This document shows positions 35,430 to 45,949 of a stretch of DNA of 64,000 bases, piece after piece (the first letter of the stretch is position 1; each line of letters starts with the position of its first letter). The notes under the pieces were generated by a model. The model saw nothing but the letters and a program-made list of their open reading frames with translations. It did not search any database and had not been told where the DNA came from. The stretch is from a virus (lineage: Duplodnaviria > Caudoviricetes). Location of the stretch: IMG/VR virus record IMGVR_UViG_3300023119_000004; one strand, written 5' to 3'. Both the position numbers and the translations under genes were made by a program.

Positions 35430-36503
35430 TTATTCAGTTACAGTTTCTTCGGTTTCAGTTTCGACTGTAGTGTCTACAGGTGCGTCTTCATCTGAAAACT
35501 CGTTCATTATTTGATCTAATAATGGACCACCTGCTTCCCATGCCTTACGATACTCTTTGATTTCTTCACCGCTCTTAGTTACATACTTCAAACGATTTCC
35601 GTCTTTCGATAGCATACCTTTTTTCTCAAAAAGATCAACAAGACCGCTGTATGGATTCATACCAGTTTCATAAGGAATCTTAACTTGCACACCTTCAAAC
35701 GGTTTTGCATATCTTGTTTTCATTACCTTACAACCTGCACGAATACCACGTACATCAGTTACTTTGTTACCATCTTCATCTTCTTTTAGTTTTAGTTTTT
35801 TCATTGCTACAACAATTGAAGATGCATAGATAAATCCTTGACCACCTGAAATCTTATCATCTGGATCAAACATATCTTGAGATGCGTAAGTATGATTAGT
35901 TGCTACTAGGCCCACGTTGTGTGAACCAAACATATTAACACAGTTACGTACAAGTGCTGTAAGTGCCTTAGGTTTTCTACCCATGTCACCTTTCATATCA
36001 CCCTTACTAAACTGATCAACGTCTGTGGGTGTTAATAACATACCCAATGAGTCAATAACAAATAATACTTTAGGACGTTCTTCTTCGTCCATTGCTTTGT
36101 AATCTGCCATAAATGTTGATACTGTTTTTGCAACATCATCAATCATTGACATATTAAGTTTTAGTAGTTTATCTTCTGAAGTGTCTACATCAAGTGCGTG
36201 TAACCATGCTTCATCAAGTGCGTTCTCTGAGTCAATTAGAACTACAAAGATGCCTTGTTCTTGTGCGGCTTTAACAATGTTACCTGCACAAATATATGAT
36301 TTACCTGCTCCTGACTCGCCTGCAAATACAGTTACCTTACCAAGTGGAACACCTTTATGGAAGTCACCACTTACAAGATAATTGAGTGCATAATTACCTG
36401 TACTAATCCAATCAGTTGGATCGTTGAATCCCGCACTCATGCCTGTAATAGACTTAGTCAAGTTTTTACGAAACTTGGAAACGTCAAATGCTTTGTTAGC
36501 CAT
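35430..36503 (-). CDS. uvsX: RecA-like recombinase UvsX
   Basis: GESGAGKS, IDSENA, IDSLG, NHTY and SGGQG motifs. Confidence 0.92.
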   Translation of the reverse strand: MANKAFDVSKFRKNLTKSITGMSAGFNDPTDWISTGNYALNYLVSGDFHKGVPLGKVTVFAGESGAGKSYICAGNIVKAAQEQGIFVVLIDSENALDEAWLHALDVDTSEDKLLKLNMSMIDDVAKTVSTFMADYKAMDEEERPKVLFVIDSLGMLLTPTDVDQFSKGDMKGDMGRKPKALTALVRNCVNMFGSHNVGLVATNHTYASQDMFDPDDKISGGQGFIYASSIVVAMKKLKLKEDEDGNKVTDVRGIRAGCKVMKTRYAKPFEGVQVKIPYETGMNPYSGLVDLFEKKGMLSKDGNRLKYVTKSGEEIKEYRKAWEAGGPLLDQIMNEFSDEDAPVDTTVETETEETVTE

Positions 36504-36557
36504 TACTTCTCCTTAATCTTTTATAATGGGGTTGCCCTTAGACAACCCCTATATAAA

Positions 36558-37523
36558 TTACTGTTGTCTAGAACGGATCATTGCTAGAATGTCTTCCGCC
36601 TTGTTATCACCTGCTGGTGCCGCCGCAGTTTCTGCTACTGGTTCTGCCGCTGGTGCAGTTTCAGTTACAGTTTCTGTGACTGGTGTTGCTGGTGCTGGTG
36701 TAGTTGCTTTTACAGGATCACCTGTACGTGCCGCTACGCCTGCTGGACGGAAATACTGTCCAAACGCATCCATGTCGTATGCTTCGCCATCAACAGATGC
36801 TTCAAACATCTTCTTGATAACTTCGACTTCAACTTCTGAAGGTTTCTTAGGTAAGTAATCTGAAAGATTAAATAACCCATGATCTTCAATAGCCTTGTAC
36901 TCATCTTCAGACAATGGACGCTCTCTACGAGCCCAAGTTGATGTTGAGTAGTCTGCATAACCGCCTTTAGAAGTTTTTGTAATTCTAAAGTCAACACCCG
37001 CAGTATAATCTGTAGGCAACTCGTTCATATCTGGATCCATCAATGCACCCTTAATGATTTGGAAAATCTGTGGGCCAATGATAAATCTACGAATTGGATT
37101 ATCCGGAGTAGTATCTTCGGTAAGTGGGTTGTCAGTTACAAAACCTTGGAATACGTATGAACGCTTCTTCCAATACTTACGACCTAAGTCTTCAAGTTTT
37201 GGATCTTTAAACCAAGGACGTACTTCTGAAAGTACTGGACAAGTTTCGCCATACATTTCCATACATGGTACTTGTACTTGAACTGGACGAGAGTCTGTCT
37301 CGCCTTTAATTCCAGCAAATGGAAGTTTGATCATCAAACGTTCTTGCCAGAAGAAAGTGTTATTTTCGTCACCGTCAGGTAAGAAACGTAACGTTGCCGT
37401 TTCGCCTTCCTTCAAGTTCCAAAATGGGTAAATTGCGTTGTCGCCACCGCCTGACGAACGATTGCCGCCAGTATTTGCTTCTTGCTCTTTTAGTTTTGCA
37501 CGAATTTCTGCTAATGTTGCCAT
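36558..37523 (-). CDS. gp32: Single-stranded DNA-binding protein (T4 gp32-like)
   Basis: LRFLPDGD, CPV, YWKKRSY and G.DF.I.KT.KGGYADYSTS motifs. Confidence 0.85.
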   Translation of the reverse strand: MATLAEIRAKLKEQEANTGGNRSSGGGDNAIYPFWNLKEGETATLRFLPDGDENNTFFWQERLMIKLPFAGIKGETDSRPVQVQVPCMEMYGETCPVLSEVRPWFKDPKLEDLGRKYWKKRSYVFQGFVTDNPLTEDTTPDNPIRRFIIGPQIFQIIKGALMDPDMNELPTDYTAGVDFRITKTSKGGYADYSTSTWARRERPLSEDEYKAIEDHGLFNLSDYLPKKPSEVEVEVIKKMFEASVDGEAYDMDAFGQYFRPAGVAARTGDPVKATTPAPATPVTETVTETAPAAEPVAETAAAPAGDNKAEDILAMIRSRQQ

Positions 37524-37641
37524 AATAAGCCTCCTATAAATTTAAGCCTTCGCTGTTAAGTGCCTTCGTATCTAGTAGCACATATTATATATACTACTAG
37601 AAATATTTAGTAAAGTCAAGTGGTTTTTTATCGAAAAGTGA

Positions 37642-39573
37642 TTACAGGCCTGCCAATTTCTTGACACGCTCCATTTCGTTATCCTTGCCAGCAAGTAAAC
37701 GACCTATCATCTTTTCTGCAAATGGTACACTCTTATCACCAAATTCTTTTTCACACGCAACTAATACTGCTGTTTCACCTTTTGGAAAAGCGTTAGTTGT
37801 GTAGTCGTAATATGATTTTACTAATTCTTCTAGTTTTTCGCCTTTGGAAGATAATGACTTATCTTCTTTTGTCTTTTCTAATTCTGCCTTTCTACGCATC
37901 AATTCTTTTTTAAGTTCTGGATCCTTGTTTGTATTAGGATCAGATTGAATGTCTTGTAATGCCTTCTTTTTAGCATCGTAGTCACTCATTTTATTATTTT
38001 TTTCTTGTGGTGTTTCGCTTTCTGCTGGAACCGCTTCTGGTTCTGCTGTTGGCGCTTCTGGTTCTGCTGTTGGCTCAGCAGGTACTTCACCTTGCTCAAT
38101 TTTTTCTGCTACTTGTGGATCTTTACCTTTTACATACTTAATAACTAAAGGACGAACGTCTGAATCTGCATCTTTTTGTCCTACCTTTTTAAACATATCT
38201 AAAAGCATTGGATCATCAATTACACCTTTTAAACTTTGGATAGCGTTTGCACCATTAATGCCTGCTGGGAAATGCTCAGCCATTAAGTTATTAAGTTTGC
38301 CAAGTGCTTCTTCTTGTTTATCGCCACCCGCAAATAATTGATCTTCTTCTTCGCTTACAATTGAATTCATTGCTTTTTCAAAATCTGCTTCTGGGGTTTC
38401 GTTTGTTCTTTGTAGTGCTTTCTTAACACCTGGATGGTCTGAAAGTCCTTTTGCAATCTTTTCAATTGTATCAACAGCACCTGAATAGTTGCCGCCTTTG
38501 TATCTTGGATCATTTAGTACGCCATAAGCCATTTTAATTTCTTTATCTGAGAAACCCATATTGTCTTGTGCTTCTTTTTCGCCAAGTAAATCTTCTGGAC
38601 CCATTTCTTGAACTTGATTTCTTTCTTGTACTAAACCATAAATGTATGGGAATACAGATTTAAGTTCTTCGTTAAATGTTCTAATAGTTAATTCATCAAC
38701 CCAAGCATTTTGTAAATCTTCTGGAACTTCTTCTTTTACTACTGGTTTGAAATCTTTTGTTGCTTCTGTATAATAATTTTGTCTTTGTAATTTTTGAACT
38801 TCGTTTTTGATAGTTTCAACTCTTTCACTAACAATATCTAAATAGCCTTTCAGTCCTTCTGCCATTACTGCTGATCTATTCATGTAAGTTCTAAATTGAC
38901 GTAGTTTGTTTAATTCTTCAGACATATTAACAATGTGCTGACCAAAGTCATCATAAAGGTTACCACCGTTGGAGACGTGACGTGCTAACGCTCTTGCACC
39001 ATTTAAATGTCTAAATGGATATTTGTATCTTTCGCCATCAGCACTTTCAATATAAATGCTGTGTACGTGTTGTGTTCTACCTGCTGGTAGTTCTTGATTA
39101 ATTGGTTGCGTATGTTTAAGAACAAGACGTGCATTATCTACATCTTCGTAACTTGTTCTAGCAGTACCATACAATTTACTTTCACTCATTTGTTTGTCTC
39201 CGGCAGTTCTAGTTAGGTGTGCATAGTCCCTTTTATCTAAGTTGCTTTTTGTTATATCTCTTGTATCAAAATTTAGCATATTCTTTTTAGCAAAGAATCT
39301 AAGTTCTTTTAAAAACTCGTACCAGTTGTTCTTTTCTGATTCATCTGCTTCAGCCATGATGTCTGTATTAAACAAAACAACAACACCATTTTCATCTAAT
39401 GATACACTTACTTTTCCTAATACTTTAGCCCCTTCCTTGTAATCAAAATCAAAATATCTTGCTTGACTTGGTTGGTCAGTTACTGTACCACTGGCATCAC
39501 CAATAGTCACAGATGGGAATCTGCCTCTAATTTTGGCAAATAAACGTTCTGAAATAGGCTCCATATTACTCAT
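37642..39573 (-). CDS. Large hypothetical protein, probably a head/internal protein
   Basis: 643 aa, modular, with a PTAEPE repeat and C-terminal ERVKKLAGL; late motif upstream. Confidence 0.75.
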   Translation of the reverse strand: MSNMEPISERLFAKIRGRFPSVTIGDASGTVTDQPSQARYFDFDYKEGAKVLGKVSVSLDENGVVVLFNTDIMAEADESEKNNWYEFLKELRFFAKKNMLNFDTRDITKSNLDKRDYAHLTRTAGDKQMSESKLYGTARTSYEDVDNARLVLKHTQPINQELPAGRTQHVHSIYIESADGERYKYPFRHLNGARALARHVSNGGNLYDDFGQHIVNMSEELNKLRQFRTYMNRSAVMAEGLKGYLDIVSERVETIKNEVQKLQRQNYYTEATKDFKPVVKEEVPEDLQNAWVDELTIRTFNEELKSVFPYIYGLVQERNQVQEMGPEDLLGEKEAQDNMGFSDKEIKMAYGVLNDPRYKGGNYSGAVDTIEKIAKGLSDHPGVKKALQRTNETPEADFEKAMNSIVSEEEDQLFAGGDKQEEALGKLNNLMAEHFPAGINGANAIQSLKGVIDDPMLLDMFKKVGQKDADSDVRPLVIKYVKGKDPQVAEKIEQGEVPAEPTAEPEAPTAEPEAVPAESETPQEKNNKMSDYDAKKKALQDIQSDPNTNKDPELKKELMRRKAELEKTKEDKSLSSKGEKLEELVKSYYDYTTNAFPKGETAVLVACEKEFGDKSVPFAEKMIGRLLAGKDNEMERVKKLAGL

Positions 39574-39581
39574 ATTAGTAT

Positions 39582-41186
39582 TTATCTTATGTTAGTCGAA
39601 ACGAATATAGGCATTGGCGGTACATGATCTTCATCTGTTTCAGCATGATTAAAGGTTTCATATACCCTAGGATCCCAATCCTTTAGCACAGCAATAATAC
39701 GCATAGTTAGTAATGTTGCTGAAACTAAGTCATCTGTTTCACCTGGTTTTGCTTTGTAACTGCTACCGCTGGCTACAAATGCTTTTAATTCACTTAGCAA
39801 TACTTTACTATGTACTACTAGTTTATCTGATTCTATCATGGCTTTTAATCTTGAACAAGCACTTATTTTGGTTGCGTGTGTAGTATTAAATCCTTTGCGG
39901 AATTTTCTTACGTGACCTTTACGCATAGGCTCACTTACTAACATTCCTGGTATATTCTCTTCCCCAAGGTCTCTAATAACAATTAATGCTCCTTCACCGA
40001 TAGTGTTATTTTCAACACTCCAATAAATGTTTTGTCCATCGTTGTGACATTGGTCTTTAATATAGTTACAAATATCTGTTAGAATTCTAATTTGTCCTGG
40101 TATTGCTGTTTGATTATGACGCCATTCACCTACTTGTTTGTAGGTTGGTAATTCAAATATTTGTATGGCCGCATAATCGCCGCCTGTGCCCATTGCCGGA
40201 TCTAATGCAACTACATAAGTCTTATCACCGCTTGGTTTACTGTACCAACGTGTTTGTCCCATATTGAGTATAGGATCAATACCTTCCATACTTGCAAGTT
40301 TGATTGAGTTAATTAGTGTCTCGTCATAGACTAAGAATTCACAACCATACTCACGACGGAATCGTTCTTCACCAATACGTCCTATCTCTGCCTTTTTCCA
40401 TTCTTCGTCTCTGTCAGGATGCTCGTCCCAACTACAAGTAAACCCATGAAATCCGTTTACACCTACTTCTTGTTCGTTGCCATTATCGTCAAACTTGTTT
40501 TGGCTTTCTTTCCAAATAATAGCAAATGTATCTTCGTCTGAGTTAGGTGTGCTTGTAATAATAGCACGACCACCTGTTGCTAGTGTAGGTGAAATTGAAG
40601 TCCAAAACTCATCAGCAATACTAGGATTCACAAATGCAAACTCGTCACAGTATAGTAATGATATGGACATACCTCTACCAGTGTTACCTGTTGTGGTAGC
40701 ACTTACAATACGTGAACCATTTTCAAATTCAATACTACCTTTGTTGTAGTTAACAACTCCTGCTCTAATATGATCAGGACAACATTCATAAACGTAACGA
40801 ATACGTTGCATAATTTCTTGTGCGCCTGAATATTTGTGTGCGGCAATTAGTACAGTTTGATCTGGATGAAACATCGCATACCAAGTTAAGTAAACAGCGG
40901 CACAAGTAGTTTTACCTGTCTGTCTGGGTAACATATTAATATTAAAACGATGATCGTGATAACTTTTTAAAAGTCTTTCTTGATATGTAAAAGGATCAAA
41001 TAAAAGTTTACCTTTTACGGGGTGTTGAATGTAAGCAAACTTTTCAGAAAAATATAGGTAGCCGGTATCAGGATCCATGCACTTCTTGAGATCCTCGATA
41101 TTCTCGTTAGTAAATGTTTCTCTTTGGTTGGCTTTCTTAGTAAGAACGCCGTCTAAACTCTTTGCCATAGTATAGTATTTACTCAA
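39582..41186 (-). CDS. gp17: Terminase large subunit
   Basis: PRQTGKTT, LLYCDEFAF, ITSTPN, LDPAMGTGGD and DDLV motifs. Confidence 0.95.
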   Translation of the reverse strand: MSKYYTMAKSLDGVLTKKANQRETFTNENIEDLKKCMDPDTGYLYFSEKFAYIQHPVKGKLLFDPFTYQERLLKSYHDHRFNINMLPRQTGKTTCAAVYLTWYAMFHPDQTVLIAAHKYSGAQEIMQRIRYVYECCPDHIRAGVVNYNKGSIEFENGSRIVSATTTGNTGRGMSISLLYCDEFAFVNPSIADEFWTSISPTLATGGRAIITSTPNSDEDTFAIIWKESQNKFDDNGNEQEVGVNGFHGFTCSWDEHPDRDEEWKKAEIGRIGEERFRREYGCEFLVYDETLINSIKLASMEGIDPILNMGQTRWYSKPSGDKTYVVALDPAMGTGGDYAAIQIFELPTYKQVGEWRHNQTAIPGQIRILTDICNYIKDQCHNDGQNIYWSVENNTIGEGALIVIRDLGEENIPGMLVSEPMRKGHVRKFRKGFNTTHATKISACSRLKAMIESDKLVVHSKVLLSELKAFVASGSSYKAKPGETDDLVSATLLTMRIIAVLKDWDPRVYETFNHAETDEDHVPPMPIFVSTNIR

Positions 41187-41211
41187 AAAAATAGGGCCCG
41201 TAGGCCCTATT
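41185..41211 (-). terminator. Rho-independent terminator
   Basis: Minus strand ATAGGGCC-TACG-GGCCCTAT plus a T tract. Confidence 0.8.
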
Positions 41212-41238
41212 TGGTTTGCTAACTTAATACTTAATTAA

Positions 41239-41826
41239 TTACTTGCAATCGCAGTCTGGACAATCTGGTCCACAGTTGCATTCGCCGCCATCGCAACATT
41301 CACATCCGCCTTCTTCTTCTGCCATGTATTCTGCTAACTTTGCCGCTAATTCTTGTTTAATTTGATCTTCTAGTGCCATTGGGTTATCACCGCCTGCAAC
41401 TTTTGGATAAGATTTTTTAGATCTGTTTAATCCGCCTGATAAATCTTTTGTCATATACTTTGTATCTTGATAAGTTTCATCTGGTTCGTTGTCCCACTCT
41501 TCAACTGGTACTTCTTCGTCTTCTACAGAGTCATTACAACTACTTGCGCCTAAATGATTCTTGCCGCAAATTGGACAAGGTGCGCCTTGCTTTCCTGGTT
41601 TAAGATCATCCATGTCTTTGCCTGGTCTGTCAATAATTGATAAACTTTTTTCAATATCATCTCTTGGGGGTAAAGGTGGAAGCATCTTTGGTTCTGCTGG
41701 TTTTTCACCACGCATCATATTAAAAAGATCACCAACGTCTTGAGCGTTATCACCGGACATTGAAATGTTCATTGATACTGCTTCGTTTAACGCATCAATC
41801 TTTTTGTAGATATCATTTAATTTCAT
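41239..41826 (-). CDS. Acidic hypothetical protein with Cys-rich C-terminus
   Basis: Ends CECCDGGECNCGPDCPDCDCK. Confidence 0.7.
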   Translation of the reverse strand: MKLNDIYKKIDALNEAVSMNISMSGDNAQDVGDLFNMMRGEKPAEPKMLPPLPPRDDIEKSLSIIDRPGKDMDDLKPGKQGAPCPICGKNHLGASSCNDSVEDEEVPVEEWDNEPDETYQDTKYMTKDLSGGLNRSKKSYPKVAGGDNPMALEDQIKQELAAKLAEYMAEEEGGCECCDGGECNCGPDCPDCDCK

Positions 41827-42401
41827 TATTTGCTCCCTACTGGACTTACTGATGATTCTTGCTCATCCATAGCCATCTGTTTCTGTTCTTTATTAGCCTC
41901 TGTTGCAATACCAGGATCGTTTTCTCTTTCCTTACGTGCTTTTTCTAATTCTGCTAATAAACCCATTGTTCTATTTACACCAACATCGTCTTGTGCTGAT
42001 TCGCCGCCCATATCTTCTGTTGCTAACTTAGGCTCGTAAACTTTATCGTATTGTGTATCTTGATATGTTTCTTGTGGTGCGTCTAAATTTCTTACAATTA
42101 AATGTGAAGTATCAATACCGCAAGATTGTGAAATGTATTCTGCTAAAACTTGTACTGTAGTAGGATATTGTAGTTCCATTTCATAGTAATGTACTTCTTT
42201 ATTTTGTAACTGCGGAAAGTCTAATGGACGTTCTGTAATAGGAGTTTTCTTACCAGAACTCATATTCTGAATACCATATTTTTGTAATGCTGTTTCCATT
42301 TGGTCTACACAACCTTCTGGTAACTCTCCAGCAATACCAACTTTAAAATTATAAGTCTTTTTAGACTCTGTTAAATAATCCGCAAATGTTTTCATTGTCA
42401 T
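41826..42401 (-). CDS. Hypothetical protein with T4 CTS-like N-terminus
   Basis: MKTFADYLTE resembles the T4 internal-protein targeting peptide MKTYQEFIAE. Confidence 0.7.
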   Translation of the reverse strand: MTMKTFADYLTESKKTYNFKVGIAGELPEGCVDQMETALQKYGIQNMSSGKKTPITERPLDFPQLQNKEVHYYEMELQYPTTVQVLAEYISQSCGIDTSHLIVRNLDAPQETYQDTQYDKVYEPKLATEDMGGESAQDDVGVNRTMGLLAELEKARKERENDPGIATEANKEQKQMAMDEQESSVSPVGSK

Positions 42402-42416
42402 ATATCCTATTATATA

Positions 42417-42917
42417 TTATTTATCCATGTTCTTTAATTTTTCAATCAAACTATTACGATCTGTAACCACATAACCTTCGCCGTTAATAATATCTTGACC
42501 GTCTGGATTAGATTCTTTATCCATTTTCTCTTTTTTGAGTTGCAATTCAACCATTTTTAGTTTTTTATCTAGTTTAGCAACCTTAGCATCTAGGTTGGTT
42601 TTAAGCATATTACCAGCAACTTCAAACACTCTACCGCTGTAACGACTTTCTACATTCATACCTAAATCCATTAGATCATCGTATGCATCCATAGCCTTTT
42701 GTGCTACTTCGTTAAGTTCTTTATCTGCTAATTCACCCAAACCTTTAACTTGTGGTAACGCCGCGGCAATTTTATCTAACTCAGCAATATTGCGTTGAGT
42801 TTCTTCATGCTCAACTACTGCTGTTTGTTTATCTTTAGTTTTTGCCTTTTCTTGTTCTTCAGCAATAATATCTTGCGAGTCAGGCAAATTTAATAATTCT
42901 TCTAGTTTCTTTGTCAT
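42417..42917 (-). CDS. Putative terminase small subunit
   Basis: Helical protein, RVFEVAGNMLK, C-terminal DRNSLIEKL; two genes upstream of the large terminase. Confidence 0.55.
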   Translation of the reverse strand: MTKKLEELLNLPDSQDIIAEEQEKAKTKDKQTAVVEHEETQRNIAELDKIAAALPQVKGLGELADKELNEVAQKAMDAYDDLMDLGMNVESRYSGRVFEVAGNMLKTNLDAKVAKLDKKLKMVELQLKKEKMDKESNPDGQDIINGEGYVVTDRNSLIEKLKNMDK

Positions 42918-42951
42918 TTCTTTATACCATTAAATGCTACTATTATTTATC

Positions 42952-43389
42952 CTATTTTCTTTTGCCGTTATGAAAAATGTCATTTTCGGTAATAACCCTA
43001 AAGTATATACCCTTCTGTTTAGACCATGCTCTAGCGGCTTCCCATTTAGCAAGGTTACGTATATACTGTGCTTGACGGCCTCTATCTCTACCTATTCTTT
43101 CTTTTAGTGCCTGGTTCTCAGGTTTTACTTCAATAAGTTCTACACGCCCTTTTCCATTACGATCTGTGTATTGTATTAAAAAGTCTGGAACATAAATTGT
43201 AAATTTTCCTGTTAAAGGGTCACGATATGGAATACGTACACTTTCACTAGCCCATTTACTTACACTAGGATTTTCATCACAGAATTTCATAAATGCAAAT
43301 TCCCAACTACTTCTATATAGGGGAGTTTTACGACCTAAATATTTGTCTGGATATTTTAGATTGTATCTTCCTTGAGCGAACTTCGCCAT
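42952..43389 (-). CDS. gp4: Head completion nuclease (T4 gp4-like)
   Basis: YRSSWE..FM.FCD, WASE..IPY, YVPDF, IEVKP and N.AKWEAA motifs. Confidence 0.88.
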   Translation of the reverse strand: MAKFAQGRYNLKYPDKYLGRKTPLYRSSWEFAFMKFCDENPSVSKWASESVRIPYRDPLTGKFTIYVPDFLIQYTDRNGKGRVELIEVKPENQALKERIGRDRGRQAQYIRNLAKWEAARAWSKQKGIYFRVITENDIFHNGKRK

Positions 43390-43393
43390 TGGA

Positions 43394-43810
43394 CTATACC
43401 ATTATATTACGTGCATCTAACTTTGTAGAAGTTTCAGAAATTCTATAACCTAGTGAACTAATCTTGCCTCTGTTATAGTTTAAAATTTCTGTAACCACAT
43501 TACTTAATTGTGCGTCATTAAAACCTTTTAATGTATCAAGTAATTCGAAAACTTTTACGTTATCAATTTTTGCTTGTTGTAAAATAATTGTTGCAACTGT
43601 TTGAGCACTAGTTGTATCAAAATTTCTTTTTTCAAAGAAGCCAACAGTAGCATCAACTTCGTTGCTTGGAAATTCTAATGTTCGGGTGTAGTATTGATCA
43701 AATAATGCTTTTACTTTTGTAGCACTATCTAATACTGTATTATCTTGTGGTAGGTTACCTGTAACATTTGATGCTACTGTACCTGTTGTTGAATTTATAT
43801 TTTCACCCAT
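43394..43810 (-). CDS. Hypothetical virion-module protein
   Basis: 138-aa ORF in the late cluster. Confidence 0.7.
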   Translation of the reverse strand: MGENINSTTGTVASNVTGNLPQDNTVLDSATKVKALFDQYYTRTLEFPSNEVDATVGFFEKRNFDTTSAQTVATIILQQAKIDNVKVFELLDTLKGFNDAQLSNVVTEILNYNRGKISSLGYRISETSTKLDARNIMV

Positions 43811-43820
43811 GATTAAATCC

Positions 43821-45185
43821 TTACGTCAAGTTAAAATTCTGATTGTGCGATTTAATATTTGCCATCGCAGTTGATCTAGCAGAATTTTTATCAGCACTTG
43901 ACAAATTGTTATATGCACTATTTATAGCGTCCGGTGTTGGCGATCCGCCGTTGTTGATATGGTCTTTCTTAAAGTTAGTTGACTTTGCTAAGTCGTCAAG
44001 TGCATTAGTATTTGAACCAAGATAATCAACGGCTTTACCTAGTGGATTACCTAGTGCTTCGTTTGCAACTGCACCAAGACCGATAACACCTGCTACTGCT
44101 GTAACAGTACTTAGGCTTCCACCTAGACCACTACTTTTTGGAAATGCTACGTTTGCAACACCACTTACATCAATACCTGCGGCTTTACCAATTTGATCTT
44201 TTAAGATACCAAAGCCTTCTTGTCTAATACCGGCACTTGATAAGTTTTTAGCATTAGTAACAACACTTGATGCTTTTAATACTGTACCTAAAAAGTTTGA
44301 GGTGCTTGAAAAAGCAGAACCGTCTGTAATATCTCCAAACACTTCTGCGGCACCTGATGCAATACCACCTTGGCCAAATAAGTTAACTGCTCCGCCACCT
44401 GCTAGTGAATTAGGTGATGGTGTACTATCATAATGTCCACTTGCTGGTCCAAACATCTTAGGTGCTGAACCTTCTGTAATTGGTCCTCTTGCATACCATA
44501 CAGTTTCATACTGTACTTGCATTTGGTTTTCAACTGTTTGACTATCACTGTTAGCCATAGTATCATGTGACCATGAACTAATAATAGGATTAACTAGTGT
44601 GAAACAAGTATATCTGTGTCTTGCCATTTGATAGATTTGTATACTATCAAAGAAGTTTTTATAGGTATCGTTGTCCATACCATATCTATATTTGTTTCGT
44701 TCACTGTTTGAATATGTATTACCTCTGTCATATGCAGGGTTACGTGTATTAGGTTGTCTACTACCATCAGCACTTGCATAGTTACCATCTTTAAAATAGT
44801 ATCTATAATATGCTTCCCACATTGCTGTAGTCTGTCCATAGTTATCATCGTGGAATACAATGTTAATAGGATCATAATCTAAACGTGTTTGTAGATTACG
44901 TTTTTTATTGTATTGATGTTTTAGTGTAGTACTAATTTGATACTTTGGTAGGTCAACGCTTTTCACAAGCATATTAAGTTCTTGTGTTTTAAGTTGCGGA
45001 ATAAGTGCGACTGCTTCAGGGTTTAAGTTAAAACTTACATGATACAGGAATCTATGTTTAGGCGATAGTCGATGTGCATCGTCAACATATAACCGTGCCG
45101 CATGAGCAAAGTCCGCCATATTACCTTTTGGACTTAATGCTCCACTTATTAAATTATCTAAGAATCCATTGAGTTTGTTTGCCAT
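43821..45185 (-). CDS. Tail-tube-like baseplate protein (gp48/gp54-like)
   Basis: LVKSVDLPKY, YDPINIVFHDD tube-fold N-terminus; follows the tube gene. Confidence 0.6.
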   Translation of the reverse strand: MANKLNGFLDNLISGALSPKGNMADFAHAARLYVDDAHRLSPKHRFLYHVSFNLNPEAVALIPQLKTQELNMLVKSVDLPKYQISTTLKHQYNKKRNLQTRLDYDPINIVFHDDNYGQTTAMWEAYYRYYFKDGNYASADGSRQPNTRNPAYDRGNTYSNSERNKYRYGMDNDTYKNFFDSIQIYQMARHRYTCFTLVNPIISSWSHDTMANSDSQTVENQMQVQYETVWYARGPITEGSAPKMFGPASGHYDSTPSPNSLAGGGAVNLFGQGGIASGAAEVFGDITDGSAFSSTSNFLGTVLKASSVVTNAKNLSSAGIRQEGFGILKDQIGKAAGIDVSGVANVAFPKSSGLGGSLSTVTAVAGVIGLGAVANEALGNPLGKAVDYLGSNTNALDDLAKSTNFKKDHINNGGSPTPDAINSAYNNLSSADKNSARSTAMANIKSHNQNFNLT

Positions 45186-45285
45186 ACTAATATTTATCCT
45201 TAAAATAAAGTACGTATATAAAGAAAAAGGGACTTATTAAAAATAAGCCCCTTTTAAAGTTTCAGGAAATATTATATATTACCTA

Positions 45286-45915
45286 TTAACTTGCGCCGCC
45301 GCCTGTAATTGCAGTATTAACTGTTCTACCTACTGCTGTACCAATACCAGTACCTTGTGGTGTTTGGATTGCGTTATCGTATCTAATAGATAATGAAACT
45401 GTAACTGGATCGTTAGTAGAATATGCTAATGAGTTGTAGTTAGCACTTTCTAAGTAACAACCGTATAGTTCAAATGTTTCTAAAACTGTTGCTGTGTTAA
45501 CACCGTTACCACCGTCTAACATTTCAATTCTAGTAACGAATTTGTAATCACTACCAGAAGCCGCACTTGACTGTTCGAAGAAGTCAAATTGTTTCTGTAG
45601 TTGTTCGCCAACTAGTTTTTGTACGTTGTTTGAAACATCTTCACGTAGTGTTAATGTAATTGGTTCCCAACTATGTTTACCTGCTAGGTATACACGTGAG
45701 TTGTAAACATCAACTGTGATTTGTTCGAACGAAACGTTAGGTCTAGTAACGTCTTGAACCTGTTTTGTCAACTCTGTTGTTGGAGTTGATACACCAAAGT
45801 TTTCCAGCGACACTCTAAAGCGATACTGGAGTTTTGGCATTAACAATCCCTGGTTAGATGCTGATGAACTGCTATCTAATGGAACTGTAATTTTTGATAG
45901 TGTTGAAATTGCCAT
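45286..45915 (-). CDS. gp19: Tail tube protein
   Basis: PKLQYRFRV, YLAGKHSWEPITLTLRED and LSIRYDNA; directly after the sheath gene. Confidence 0.88.
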   Translation of the reverse strand: MAISTLSKITVPLDSSSSASNQGLLMPKLQYRFRVSLENFGVSTPTTELTKQVQDVTRPNVSFEQITVDVYNSRVYLAGKHSWEPITLTLREDVSNNVQKLVGEQLQKQFDFFEQSSAASGSDYKFVTRIEMLDGGNGVNTATVLETFELYGCYLESANYNSLAYSTNDPVTVSLSIRYDNAIQTPQGTGIGTAVGRTVNTAITGGGAS

Positions 45916-45949
45916 TATAATATCTCCTGCTTAATTGTATTTATCACTA

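Noticed and set aside
38030-38080. 21-bp-period repeat GGTTCTGCTGTTGGC
   Set aside because: Explained by a PTAEPE low-complexity linker in the 643-aa protein.
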